Below are positions 9,806-19,377 of a DNA stretch of 64,000 nucleotides, piece after piece (positions within the stretch are counted from its first letter, which is position 1; every line of letters starts with the position of its first letter). The stretch is from an uncultured Pseudomonadota bacterium (GTDB taxonomy: Bacteria; Pseudomonadota; Alphaproteobacteria; Rs-D84): positions 210,023-274,022 of the forward strand of contig CASFWA010000001.1 in assembly GCA_949298405.1 (NCBI GenBank). The letters are read 5' to 3'. The notes beneath the pieces were generated by a model. The model was not told where the DNA came from and searched no databases. It worked only from the letters and a program-made list of their open reading frames with translations. Made by a program: the position numbers and the translations under genes.

Positions 9806-11143
9806 TTAATCTTTTGAAATCGCCATTTGAATTAATTGTTTGGATTCAACCAGAAACTCCATAGGCAGACGCGATATAATAGGAGAAGCAGATGCGCCTA
9901 TTATTAGAGCAGTTGCTTCATCTTCTGGTAGACCAGATTGCATTAAAAATTGTAATTGTTTTTTATCTATGGTTCCTGTTGTTGCTTCGTGACTTTGTTT
10001 GTTTGTGCCATTAGAATGAATAATGGTGGGTAAAGTGTTTGCAATTGCGTCGGTACCGATTATTCTTGTGTCACATTTTGAAGCGTTTTTAGCGTTCTTC
10101 CCGTTAAAACTTACTAAACTGCGAAATGTCTGACGTGATTTGTCCAAGGCGACACCGTATGATACAATGTTTGAAATGGTATTATTGCCTATGTGAATCA
10201 TCTTTGTGCCTGTGTCGGCTTGTTGGGCGCCACGCGTTATTGTTAGTGAATAAAAGTCGCTTTTGGCGTTATCCCCAGCAAGAATTGTAGATGGGTATTT
10301 CCATGTCATAGCAGAACCAATTTCTACTTGGGTCCAGTCAAGTCTTGCACCGTTCCCACATTTACCACGTTTGGTTACAAAGTTTAATATTCCACCTTTC
10401 GTTGAAGTTTTTTTTGCTTTCTTGAATTCACCGGCATACCAGTTTTGTACAGTTGCATATTTTACAATCGAATTGTCGTGAGCAATTATTTCTACTACAC
10501 CACTATGTAGTTGATGGTTAGGACGACGCGGTGCACTGCATCCTTCCATATAACTTAATGTTGCGCCTTCGTCAGCGATAATTAAAGTCCTTTCAAATTG
10601 ACCAATTTTTGCGGTTTCAATACGAAAATAACTTGCTAAATCTATTGGGCATTTTGTGTTTGGGGGTATGTATACAAATGTTCCATCTGAAAATACTGCC
10701 GCGTTTAGAGCAGCATAAAAATTATCCGTTGCAGGAACTACACTACCTAAATATTTTTTTACTAAATCAGGGTATTGCTTTACTGCCTCGGCGAAGGGCA
10801 AAAATATTATTCCTAATTTATTTAATTCTGATGTGTATGATGTATGTACTGATTTACTGTCGATTACAGTATCTGTTGCCATACCTAATAAAGCGCGTTG
10901 CTCGCTTTCGGGTAGCCCCATTTTTTCATATGCTTGTTGTAAATCAGAATTATCCAACTGCTTTTGTTCGTTGTAATAATTTAATGAATTATAGTCGATT
11001 TTTTCATAGTTTATTTCTGCCCAATGGGGTTCTGTCATTTTTGACCATGCCTTAAAAGCATCTATGCGCCATTGCAATAACCATGATGGTTCTTGTCTAT
11101 ATGCAGATATTTCACGAATAAGTTTTTCTGACAGTTTTGGCAT
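9806..11143 (-). CDS. sufB: Fe-S cluster assembly scaffold
   Basis: GQFERTLII, YMEGCSAP, LHSGVVE, NFVTKRG, TWKYPS, HEATTG. Confidence 0.95.
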   Translation of the reverse strand: MPKLSEKLIREISAYRQEPSWLLQWRIDAFKAWSKMTEPHWAEINYEKIDYNSLNYYNEQKQLDNSDLQQAYEKMGLPESEQRALLGMATDTVIDSKSVHTSYTSELNKLGIIFLPFAEAVKQYPDLVKKYLGSVVPATDNFYAALNAAVFSDGTFVYIPPNTKCPIDLASYFRIETAKIGQFERTLIIADEGATLSYMEGCSAPRRPNHQLHSGVVEIIAHDNSIVKYATVQNWYAGEFKKAKKTSTKGGILNFVTKRGKCGNGARLDWTQVEIGSAMTWKYPSTILAGDNAKSDFYSLTITRGAQQADTGTKMIHIGNNTISNIVSYGVALDKSRQTFRSLVSFNGKNAKNASKCDTRIIGTDAIANTLPTIIHSNGTNKQSHEATTGTIDKKQLQFLMQSGLPEDEATALIIGASASPIISRLPMEFLVESKQLIQMAISKD

Positions 11144-11148
11144 AAAGT

Positions 11149-11697
11149 TTATATTTCGTTACTTTGCGCGGCAAGTTGCTTTGCTTGGGCAAAGAAGGTT
11201 AATGACTGACCCAAAAGCCCATCTGTAAATGTTGCAGATAATATACCGTCTGGGTCCGTTGTAGTTAAGTGGTGCAGAAAACTATCCGCACGGTTCATGT
11301 AGTTGTCAATGCTTCTGGCAACTTCTGAATCTAGTTTTATACATCTGCGCAACTTTTCAAGCGCAAAAGGATTTTTTGCATATTCATCCATAATGCCACC
11401 TAATGCACGCCATAATGGGTGTTCGGATGTGTTGCGCGGCATTATATCAATCGCTGCCATAATTGGAATTAAGTTTTGTAGTAAATCTTGGTAAATCATT
11501 TCTGCGTTTTCTGCAACGGCGTTAGTAGCAGATTTGTTCTTTAAAATAGATTGAATTTTTACTATCAGGTTATATTGATGTGTTAGTGTTTTTGTCGCTT
11601 CGCGAACACGACTGTTGATAACAGTAATAAAATATAGAATACCAAAGTTTATAAGAATTAAAATAATGATTCCTGCTAAAATCAATGTGTTATACAT
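11149..11697 (-). CDS. Hypothetical protein with N-terminal membrane anchor
   Basis: 182 aa, AGGAG RBS, N-terminal hydrophobic helix; co-oriented with sufBC. Confidence 0.7.
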   Translation of the reverse strand: MYNTLILAGIIILILINFGILYFITVINSRVREATKTLTHQYNLIVKIQSILKNKSATNAVAENAEMIYQDLLQNLIPIMAAIDIMPRNTSEHPLWRALGGIMDEYAKNPFALEKLRRCIKLDSEVARSIDNYMNRADSFLHHLTTTDPDGILSATFTDGLLGQSLTFFAQAKQLAAQSNEI

Positions 11698-11881
11698 TAA
11701 ACGCTCCTGAACAGTTTGTTTTTTCTGAGTTAGTATAACATCTTTTGCCGATTCGTGCGATTTTATCTTGGTATCATAAAAAATAGGTACTGATAATATT
11801 GCGTTTTAGTCTTGCACAGATTCGGTCAAGTTGATATAATAATTATAATAAATAAGAGAAACATTCAGGAAAGGAAGTTTT

Positions 11882-12808
11882 ATGTTCCGCAAGATTTTAA
11901 TTGTCGCAATGTTTGCAACTGCTGCTGGGTATTGCTTTGCAGCAGATGATTTACCACAAGTTGTCACGTCAGAGGTCTTTTATTCTCAGGGGTCTAATAT
12001 TGACGGTTCTCGTTATTCACAAATAGAATCTAGTCAGGTTGTTGAAACTGAAAATGGACAGGTTGCACAAGTTCCTGTTTGGCCTCTTGCTGGGTCTGAT
12101 GCGGATGTTGAAATTGCTTGTGAGGGAAGTGCTTGTTCAAAGTCCAAACAGAACGACAATATTAGAATTGTTTCAAAAATAGGCGCAGATTTAGTCGTTG
12201 AAAATAATTTTAATCTGGGGTCTTCGGACGGTGATTTTGGTGGTTGGTCTGGTGGTGCAAATATGCTTCATGGTACTCAGATACCGGCAGGTTTTGATGA
12301 CGAATGTAATAACGGTTCTGAAATGCCTTTGCTGCATAGAGAAATGCTAGAAGATGACGGCGGTTCTGTTTTGACTGTGTCTCGCAGTTCTCGTAGAGAT
12401 TGCACTAATTACAAAGATGGGTATGAGGCTTTTGTTGCTAAAATGGGATTGTCAGAAGAAGAAGTTGCAAATGCTAATAAAGTAGAAGGTGTCGAAGCAG
12501 AAATTGCTGTAGATGTTTCGGCAGATGCAGAACCACCGATGGTGCTTATCGATCAGGTTCGTTCATGGGTCGTTGCTAGTGGGCAGACATTGCGTGAGGT
12601 TTTGCAGGATTGGTGCAATAAAGAAGGATGGGATTTGGTTTGGGCGACTTCTCGTGAATATCCAATTGAGGCAAGTGCAGTATTTAAGGGGCGTTTCGTA
12701 GATGTCGCATCTGCGCTGGTTAGAAACTTTTCACGCGCAACGCCTGTTCCTTATGCAAAGTTTTACAAGGGAAACCGTGTGTTAGTAATTTCTACATCTG
12801 AAGAATAG
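11882..12808 (+). CDS. TcpQ-domain protein (type IVb pilus accessory)
   Basis: Signal peptide; C-terminal W...GQTLREVLQDW...GWDLVW...YPI..SAVF.G.F pattern typical of the TcpQ domain; precedes a secretin. Confidence 0.8.
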   Translation: MFRKILIVAMFATAAGYCFAADDLPQVVTSEVFYSQGSNIDGSRYSQIESSQVVETENGQVAQVPVWPLAGSDADVEIACEGSACSKSKQNDNIRIVSKIGADLVVENNFNLGSSDGDFGGWSGGANMLHGTQIPAGFDDECNNGSEMPLLHREMLEDDGGSVLTVSRSSRRDCTNYKDGYEAFVAKMGLSEEEVANANKVEGVEAEIAVDVSADAEPPMVLIDQVRSWVVASGQTLREVLQDWCNKEGWDLVWATSREYPIEASAVFKGRFVDVASALVRNFSRATPVPYAKFYKGNRVLVISTSEE

Positions 12809-12845
12809 GGTGGTGGTTTTATAAGTTGGCCAGAGGAGAAAATAG

Positions 12846-14474
12846 ATGACGAAACCAATTAAATTTTTTGTTATGTGCGGGATTTTGTGCGCAATAGCAA
12901 CAGGATGTGCAAAAGAAGAATCTGCTAAGGTCGCGGCATCTGTTGATCAGGATTTTATAAATGCGTATGATGCGTTTGAAATGGCTAAAACACCGCGTGC
13001 AAAAGTTGCTAGTGGTGATACTGTTTCTATGTCAGAAGGTGTATGGTTAGGCGCAAGTTCTACTGTTTTGGAACATAGAAATAATCTGCCGTCTCAATTT
13101 GAAACAGATACTGGAATCACAATCCTTTTAGATGAACCTGTGACTTTGCAGGTTTTGGCAAATAATATTAATTCTATTACTGGAATTCCTGTGAAAATCG
13201 ATAGTCAGGTTAATCAGGAAAAATTAAAGAAGACAGTAAATATTGCTTATACGGGCAAGTTATCTGGGTTGTTGTCACAAATCGCAACAGATTTAGATAT
13301 ATTGTGGTATTATGATAAGACGTCTATTGTCTTTTATGAAACAGAAACACAAACATTTACTTTGTATGCACTGGGAACAGATGTTTCTTATCAAACTGCC
13401 GTAGAAACAGATGACGGAAATCAGGTGTCTTTGGAATCTACTTTAAAAGAATGGGATGAAATTGAAAACGCAATTAGTTCTATAATAGGAGATAATGAAA
13501 ATACTAATTTTACTGTATCTCGTAGTTTGGGAACTATTACTGTGACGGCACCTCCGTCTATTTTGACAAGAGTAGGCGATTATATAGCGCGTCAAAATAA
13601 ACGTTTGTCTCAATTGGTGACAATCGATGTTAAGGTTTTGCAGGTATCTATTTCTAATGATTCTGCATTCGGGTTGAATCTGGCTGCGGCGATTAATTCT
13701 GCGTCTGGATTAAATATCGTTGCAAACCCAAAGAATAATTTGGCCACAACAGAGGCTAGTTCTATGAATATTGCTGTTCTGTCTAATACCGTTTCCGCAG
13801 TGACAGGTGCAACACATATGGAGGGAAATACAGAAGTAGCAGGTGCTTATACACAAGACCAAATTAAAAATGGTTCTTTGTCAGGTGCTGCTGGTAGTAA
13901 TGCTCTTATTCAGGCTTTGGCAAAACAGGGTAAGGTTTCTTTGGTAACAAATGTCGGTGTCACAACGCGTAGTAATCGTGTCGCGCCGGTTAATAATACA
14001 AAAACGACAGGGTATATTAAACGTTTTGAATCTCGTAACTTTACAACAGTTGAATCAAGTACTGTTGACCAGGATGACTTGGAAACAGGGTTCTCGATGC
14101 AGTTGTTGCCGAACGTCTTAGAAAACGGAAAGATATTATTGCTGTTCAGAATGTCTGTACGTGAATTGTTAAAGATGTCAACTCAGACAATCGGGGAGGT
14201 TACCTTGCAATTACCAGAAGTAGAAGAACGTAGTTTTATGCAGGAAGTAATCATGGAATCAGGACAAATGTTAGTTGTTTCTGGGTTCGAAAAGCAGACG
14301 AATAATGATACCCGTTATGGTTTAGGTGATCCTGACTTTATGGCTCTGTCTGGTTCGCGTGAAACAACCGCAACGCGTGATGTGTTGGTGGTTATCTTGA
14401 CTCCGCAAGTTTTGGTTAGTCCAATGGATGCAGAACGAAATATTCAGCAACATTGGGGGGCACCTCTGAATTAA
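12846..14474 (+). CDS. Type IVb pilus secretin lipoprotein (PilN/BfpB/TcpC-like)
   Basis: Lipobox-like ATGC; QLVTIDVKVLQV, ETGFSMQLLP, ESGQMLVVSGFE, LVVILTP secretin motifs. Confidence 0.85.
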   Translation: MTKPIKFFVMCGILCAIATGCAKEESAKVAASVDQDFINAYDAFEMAKTPRAKVASGDTVSMSEGVWLGASSTVLEHRNNLPSQFETDTGITILLDEPVTLQVLANNINSITGIPVKIDSQVNQEKLKKTVNIAYTGKLSGLLSQIATDLDILWYYDKTSIVFYETETQTFTLYALGTDVSYQTAVETDDGNQVSLESTLKEWDEIENAISSIIGDNENTNFTVSRSLGTITVTAPPSILTRVGDYIARQNKRLSQLVTIDVKVLQVSISNDSAFGLNLAAAINSASGLNIVANPKNNLATTEASSMNIAVLSNTVSAVTGATHMEGNTEVAGAYTQDQIKNGSLSGAAGSNALIQALAKQGKVSLVTNVGVTTRSNRVAPVNNTKTTGYIKRFESRNFTTVESSTVDQDDLETGFSMQLLPNVLENGKILLLFRMSVRELLKMSTQTIGEVTLQLPEVEERSFMQEVIMESGQMLVVSGFEKQTNNDTRYGLGDPDFMALSGSRETTATRDVLVVILTPQVLVSPMDAERNIQQHWGAPLN

Positions 14475-14478
14475 TAAA

Positions 14479-14503
14479 AACCGCCGAAAGGCGGTTCTTT
14501 TTT
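14479..14503 (+). terminator. Intrinsic terminator
   Basis: AACCGCC-GAAA-GGCGGTT plus T tract. Confidence 0.8.
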
Positions 14504-14653
14504 GCTTCTTTATTATATTGGGTTGCTATTGTTTTATGTGATAACAAATGCTTTGAATTAAAATTATTTGTTTATTTATATGTTTATTGTATTTTTTTCT
14601 ACGAACAAAAAGCGTTCCAGCGGAACGCCTTTTTAAAACTGTTTTTTGAAAAA

Positions 14654-14914
14654 TTATGCCATCTTTGCTACTTTCTTTGCCAAACGAGATACTTTGCGAG
14701 CAGCACGTTTCTTTGGCATTACTTTACCAACAGATTTCATAATTTTGCTTTCTGCAGCGCGCGCAGCACTTACTGCAGCATTTTTATCGCCAGATTCAAT
14801 AGCAACTAATGCTTTCTTTGTCGCGGTTTTTACAACGCTACGACGTGCAGTGTTTACAGCATTCTTTTTTGCTGTTACTAAAATTCTTTTTTCAGATGAC
14901 TTGTGATTTGCCAC
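14654..14914 (-). CDS. rpsT: 30S ribosomal protein S20
   Basis: MANHKSSEKR...N.ARRS..KT..KK...AARKVSRL; GTG start. Confidence 0.95.
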   Translation of the reverse strand: MANHKSSEKRILVTAKKNAVNTARRSVVKTATKKALVAIESGDKNAAVSAARAAESKIMKSVGKVMPKKRAARKVSRLAKKVAKMA

Positions 14915-14987
14915 TTTATTTTCCTTTTATTTAATCACGTTTTCTGCTATTTTATAGAAAACAAACATAAAATCAAGGAAAAATAAA

Positions 14988-15575
14988 ATGATATACGTAA
15001 TTGGAATAATTATTTCTTATCTGTTGGGCTCTATACCTATGGGATTGTTGCTAACTCGGTTAATGGGAAAGGGCGATTTGCGTAAGGTTGGTAGTGGTAA
15101 TATCGGCGCAACTAATGTTATGCGCGTCGGTGGACTTAGAATGGCAGCCGTCACTTGGATTTTAGATATGCTAAAAGCTATCGCAGCCGTATTTGTTGGT
15201 GTTGCAATAGGCGGTGAAGTCTTTGGTGCTTGGTGTGGTTTCGTCGCAATTGTCGGACATTGTTATCCTGTTTGGTTGAAATTCCACGGGGGAAAGGGGA
15301 TTTCGTCTTTGTTCGGTGTTCTGTTGGCAGTAAGTCCGGTTTCTTTCATAATTTGTGGAATAGAATGGTTAATCGTTGCGTTGTCTTCTGGCTATTCCTC
15401 GCTGGGGGCGGTTGTCGCTTTCTGTGTAATGCCAGTATTAGGTTTTGTTATGGGATGGCAAATAGGTTTGCCTTTTTTGGCTATCGCTTTATTGTGTTTG
15501 TGGCGCCATCGTGAAAATATCGGCAGACTAGTTGGGGGTACCGAATCGAAGATTGAATGGAAATGGAAAAAATAA
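14988..15575 (+). CDS. plsY: Glycerol-3-phosphate acyltransferase
   Basis: YLLGSIP, GSGNIGATN, GHCYPVWLKFHGGKG, HRENIGRL..GTE. Confidence 0.95.
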   Translation: MIYVIGIIISYLLGSIPMGLLLTRLMGKGDLRKVGSGNIGATNVMRVGGLRMAAVTWILDMLKAIAAVFVGVAIGGEVFGAWCGFVAIVGHCYPVWLKFHGGKGISSLFGVLLAVSPVSFIICGIEWLIVALSSGYSSLGAVVAFCVMPVLGFVMGWQIGLPFLAIALLCLWRHRENIGRLVGGTESKIEWKWKK

Positions 15576-15682
15576 TAAAGGCCGCATAATTAATTTTATG
15601 CGGCCTTTATCTTATTGGATTTATTCTTTATTTATACTGCGTTTTATGATATAATATTTCTATAAAATCGGGGAAGAGAATA

Positions 15683-16525
15683 ATGAAAAAAATAATATCT
15701 TTATTTGCTGTATGTTTGGTTTCTTTACCTTCTTTCGCAGCAACACAAGAAAATCAGGCACGACGTTCGATGACATCTCAGATGGTTATGGCGGCACCAC
15801 GTGCAACGGCTTCAACTGCTGAAATTAGTGCAATGGCCGCAGTTAATACCGCTGTACCGTTGGCAGAAAGTTCTAGTGTTAGGGTTGAACCTATTACAAA
15901 ACCTTCTGCACCTGCAGTAAATAACAGGGAAAAAGAAAAGGCCGCGTGTATAAATAATAATATAGGTGTCGGTAATACTTTCGTTTGGGCTTCACGTTAT
16001 AGTAATTCTAATAATTATGCTTCGATGGTAGAAGATACCGAAAATCCAGATAACAATATTTGTTTCGTTAAAGTAGAAATAAAATCTAATGACCCTAAAA
16101 TAAGCGTATCTGATGTACCTAGTCGTTATTTTGAAATGGGACGTGATATTACTTGTGGTGACTGGGCAGATGAAGGGGTCTTACGTCAACGTATTTTGGA
16201 TGCTAAGAAATCAGCACGTACATGGGCTACGGTCGGTGGTGTTGTCGGTGGCGCAGGTGTCGGGGTTGGTATTATGGAATTGTTTGGTAATCGTTGGATT
16301 GGTGGTAGTGTCGAAGGACAGAAGGATTTAACAGGTGACGAACGCTTGCTTTCTCATCTTTTGGTGCTGAAACGCGATAAGGACCCACAATATAATGATT
16401 TTATAGAAGCACTAGAAACTATGCAGAAAGAATGTAAAAGTATTCAGAGTGCTGGTGCAGAACTGCCAGATGAGTGTAAAAAATATAATTATGAGTACTT
16501 GCTGAATGCAAAAAATATAAATTAA
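15683..16525 (+). CDS. Secreted hypothetical protein with glycine-zipper-like segment
   Basis: Signal peptide (SFA|A); GGVVGGAGVGVG segment; several Cys. Confidence 0.7.
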   Translation: MKKIISLFAVCLVSLPSFAATQENQARRSMTSQMVMAAPRATASTAEISAMAAVNTAVPLAESSSVRVEPITKPSAPAVNNREKEKAACINNNIGVGNTFVWASRYSNSNNYASMVEDTENPDNNICFVKVEIKSNDPKISVSDVPSRYFEMGRDITCGDWADEGVLRQRILDAKKSARTWATVGGVVGGAGVGVGIMELFGNRWIGGSVEGQKDLTGDERLLSHLLVLKRDKDPQYNDFIEALETMQKECKSIQSAGAELPDECKKYNYEYLLNAKNIN

Positions 16526-16620
16526 GTTAAAAAGCCCCATTTGGGGCTTTAATTATTTTATACATATATTATATGTAAATAGTCCTTTTATTATTAACCC
16601 TATATTTTTATAGTAGTGCT

Positions 16621-17643
16621 ATGTCTAATTTATTTAATAAGTTATTAATACTTCGTACGCCTGGAATCGGGCCTGTAAAATATAACGATTTAATAAAACG
16701 CTTCGGTACATTGGATGAGGCTGCGGCTTCTTTATCAGATAATGATTTGGTTCGTGAATCTGTTTTGAATGAATTAGAACGGGCTGAAAAGAATAATATT
16801 CATTATATATGTGATGATGAAGATTTATATCCCGCTAAACTTAAAGAGATAAAAAAACATCCGCCGGTCATATCTGTTAGAGGAAACGTTAATACTTTGA
16901 AAAAGTCAATAGTAAGTATTGTCGGTACGCGTCATGCAACTGTTGCAGGTATGGAGTTCGCCGCAGAGTTAGGAAGAAGGTTTGCAGATAATGGTTATGC
17001 AGTGGCATCGGGCATGGCAATTGGGACAGATGCTGCCGCACATCGCGGGGCGTTAAAATCTGAGGGCACTTCGCAAACAATCGCGGTTGTTGCAGGTGGG
17101 GTTGATTATATATGGCCACTAGAAAACGAATCGTTATATTGGGATATTGTAAATCGTGGTGCAGTAATAAGTGAGATGCCTGTTGGGTTTGAACCAATAG
17201 CAAATAATTTCGTACAAAGAAATAGATGGGTTGCAGGAATCTGCGAAAAGTTGATATTAGGTGAGGCTGATTTAAAGTCGGGTAGTATGACAACTGCGCG
17301 ATTCGCTATTGAATATGGCAAAAAAGTATACGCAATTCCGTCACACCCTTCGGATTCTAGGAGTTTGGGACCAAATTCATTAATAAAAAGTGGTGCTGCA
17401 GAATTGTGTTTAGGAGTAGATGATTTTTTCAAATCAGAAAAAAATACATCTAATGTGAAAAAAAATTCTGAAAAAAATAAAACAGAAAATTCTTTATTAG
17501 ATGCCCTAGGAACAATTCCCGTATCTGAATCTGTATTGGCAGAAATTGTCAAAAAAAATATTTCGGAAATTAAAAGCGATTTAGTGGTCTTAGAATTGCA
17601 GGGTTTGATTCAAAAAGTTGACGGTGGTTATATTCGAAGATAA
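16621..17643 (+). CDS. dprA: DNA-processing protein A
   Basis: IVGTR, SGMAIGTDAAAH, F.QRNR.VAG, EADLKSGSMTTA; C-terminal winged-helix LVVLELQG. Confidence 0.95.
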   Translation: MSNLFNKLLILRTPGIGPVKYNDLIKRFGTLDEAAASLSDNDLVRESVLNELERAEKNNIHYICDDEDLYPAKLKEIKKHPPVISVRGNVNTLKKSIVSIVGTRHATVAGMEFAAELGRRFADNGYAVASGMAIGTDAAAHRGALKSEGTSQTIAVVAGGVDYIWPLENESLYWDIVNRGAVISEMPVGFEPIANNFVQRNRWVAGICEKLILGEADLKSGSMTTARFAIEYGKKVYAIPSHPSDSRSLGPNSLIKSGAAELCLGVDDFFKSEKNTSNVKKNSEKNKTENSLLDALGTIPVSESVLAEIVKKNISEIKSDLVVLELQGLIQKVDGGYIRR

Positions 17644-17963
17644 AACTTTTTGTGTATATACAGTGTATATACAAAGCGCGGAAATCGGGCAAAAAAACGA
17701 ATCGTTGTCAAAAACTAAATGTTAAAAATTTGGTTAACAATTGGTTGCAAACACGAATTAATCTTATACATTATCAGACGTATCCAAAACGATTGAGAAA
17801 CACTCAATCACCAAAGCGAGAGAGTTATAAAAGTAGGCTGATATAAAACTAAATTTTTATTAAATCTGTAAAGGTTAAATAAGATTTAGCGTTTATGGCG
17901 GGGTGTTTTTTATACTCTTGCGCGGGCAGGAAACTCTTTTAAAGGAAGGAAAGGAGAAACGAC

Positions 17964-19250
17964 ATGCAAGTAGCGGCAAAAAAAATGATGACTAACTTGG
18001 AACAAATCAAGGGGGCCATAGCCGCAAAAATGGATGTCGCAAGTTATTCTTCTTGGATTTCCCCATTACAGTTTGATGTTTGTGGTGATACTTTGGTGCT
18101 GACTGCACAAAATCAATTCTCTGCGGATTTTATCGGCAGTGTACACGCAAATGTTTTATCTTCTGTTGCGGCAGAATTTGGTTTGAACGTAAAAATTTGT
18201 GTTCGTGGTGCAACAGTTTCTGCAAATGTTGCAAATGACAACAATGTTCAAACTTATACACCTGCAAAAGCAGAAAAGGTCGCAACAGTTGCAACTAAAA
18301 ACGCTTTTGATTGTTTCGTATCTTGTGAAGAAAATTCATTCGTTTTATCTGCGTGTAAAAAATTAGCAGCGGGTGCGGTTCCTTTCTCCCCGCTGTTTAT
18401 TTATGGACCTGCAGGTTGTGGTAAGTCTTTGTTGGTAAACTGCATTGAAAATGCATCAGAAGGTCGTGTAATCAAAATGTCTGGTGGTCAGTTCGTTGCA
18501 GAATTTACACGTAGTCTTCATGATAAATCTGTCTTCGCATTCAAAGACTTCTGCCGTAATTGTGATACTTTCATTTTAGATGATGTTCAGACTTTGGCTG
18601 GTAAACGTGCAACTTGTGAAGAATTTGTACAGTTAATCGTTGATTTACGTGCAGCAGGTAAGAATGTTGTTTTAACAGCAAATGCCGCACCAAATAATTT
18701 GTCTGGGTTTGATCGTCGTATGCAGTCTTTGTTGGCTTCTGGTTTGGTCGCAGATGTTGTCGCACCAAACGCAAATGTAAAACGCGTTATGTTAACGCGT
18801 GCAGGGGTTTCTTCTGAAGTTGCAGAAGCACTTGCAACACGTATCGCAGGTGATGGTCATTTGGTTGGCGGCGTTGCAACAAAAATTAAAACATATTCTG
18901 AATTGATGGGTGAAACAGTTACATTAGAAATTGCACAACGTTTATTGGCAGACACATTGCAGAAGTCTAAGACACCAATTGCAATGGTAAAATCTATGTG
19001 TGAAAAATTGGGTGTTGCGTATGACGCAGTATGTGGTAAAGGACGTAGCCGCGCAGTAGTATTGGCGCGTCAGATGATGATGGCAGTATTGAAGGGTGCA
19101 ACAAATATGTCTTTAACAGAAATCGGTCGCGCGTGTGGTGATCGTGACCATGCAACAGTTTTGTATGCAATTTCACAAGTTGAAAAATTAAAGAAAACAG
19201 ATTTGGTTTTGGCCGCACAAATAAACCAGATGATAGAAGAATGCAGATAA
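17964..19250 (+). CDS. dnaA: Chromosomal replication initiator (divergent)
   Basis: Domain I (SWI.PL...NQFSADFI), PLFIYGPAGCGKS, ILDDVQ, domain IV RQMMM...SLTEIG...RDHATVLYA. Confidence 0.9.
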   Translation: MQVAAKKMMTNLEQIKGAIAAKMDVASYSSWISPLQFDVCGDTLVLTAQNQFSADFIGSVHANVLSSVAAEFGLNVKICVRGATVSANVANDNNVQTYTPAKAEKVATVATKNAFDCFVSCEENSFVLSACKKLAAGAVPFSPLFIYGPAGCGKSLLVNCIENASEGRVIKMSGGQFVAEFTRSLHDKSVFAFKDFCRNCDTFILDDVQTLAGKRATCEEFVQLIVDLRAAGKNVVLTANAAPNNLSGFDRRMQSLLASGLVADVVAPNANVKRVMLTRAGVSSEVAEALATRIAGDGHLVGGVATKIKTYSELMGETVTLEIAQRLLADTLQKSKTPIAMVKSMCEKLGVAYDAVCGKGRSRAVVLARQMMMAVLKGATNMSLTEIGRACGDRDHATVLYAISQVEKLKKTDLVLAAQINQMIEECR

Positions 19251-19377
19251 TTGAATCTTGGGAAAAGTTTAGTATTTAGTTGTTGGTTCCCCAGTGAAAA
19301 TATGATAAAATAATATAAAATTGTATAGGTATAAAAAGCCTGACAAAGGTTCGAAAATTCGACCAAATGGGGGAGAA

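Noticed and set aside
17644..17963. Canonical oriC with DnaA boxes or a CtrA site
   Set aside because: No TTATCCACA-type boxes seen; TTAA-N8-TTAAC at about 17722 has the wrong spacing for CtrA; GC skew cannot be assessed by eye
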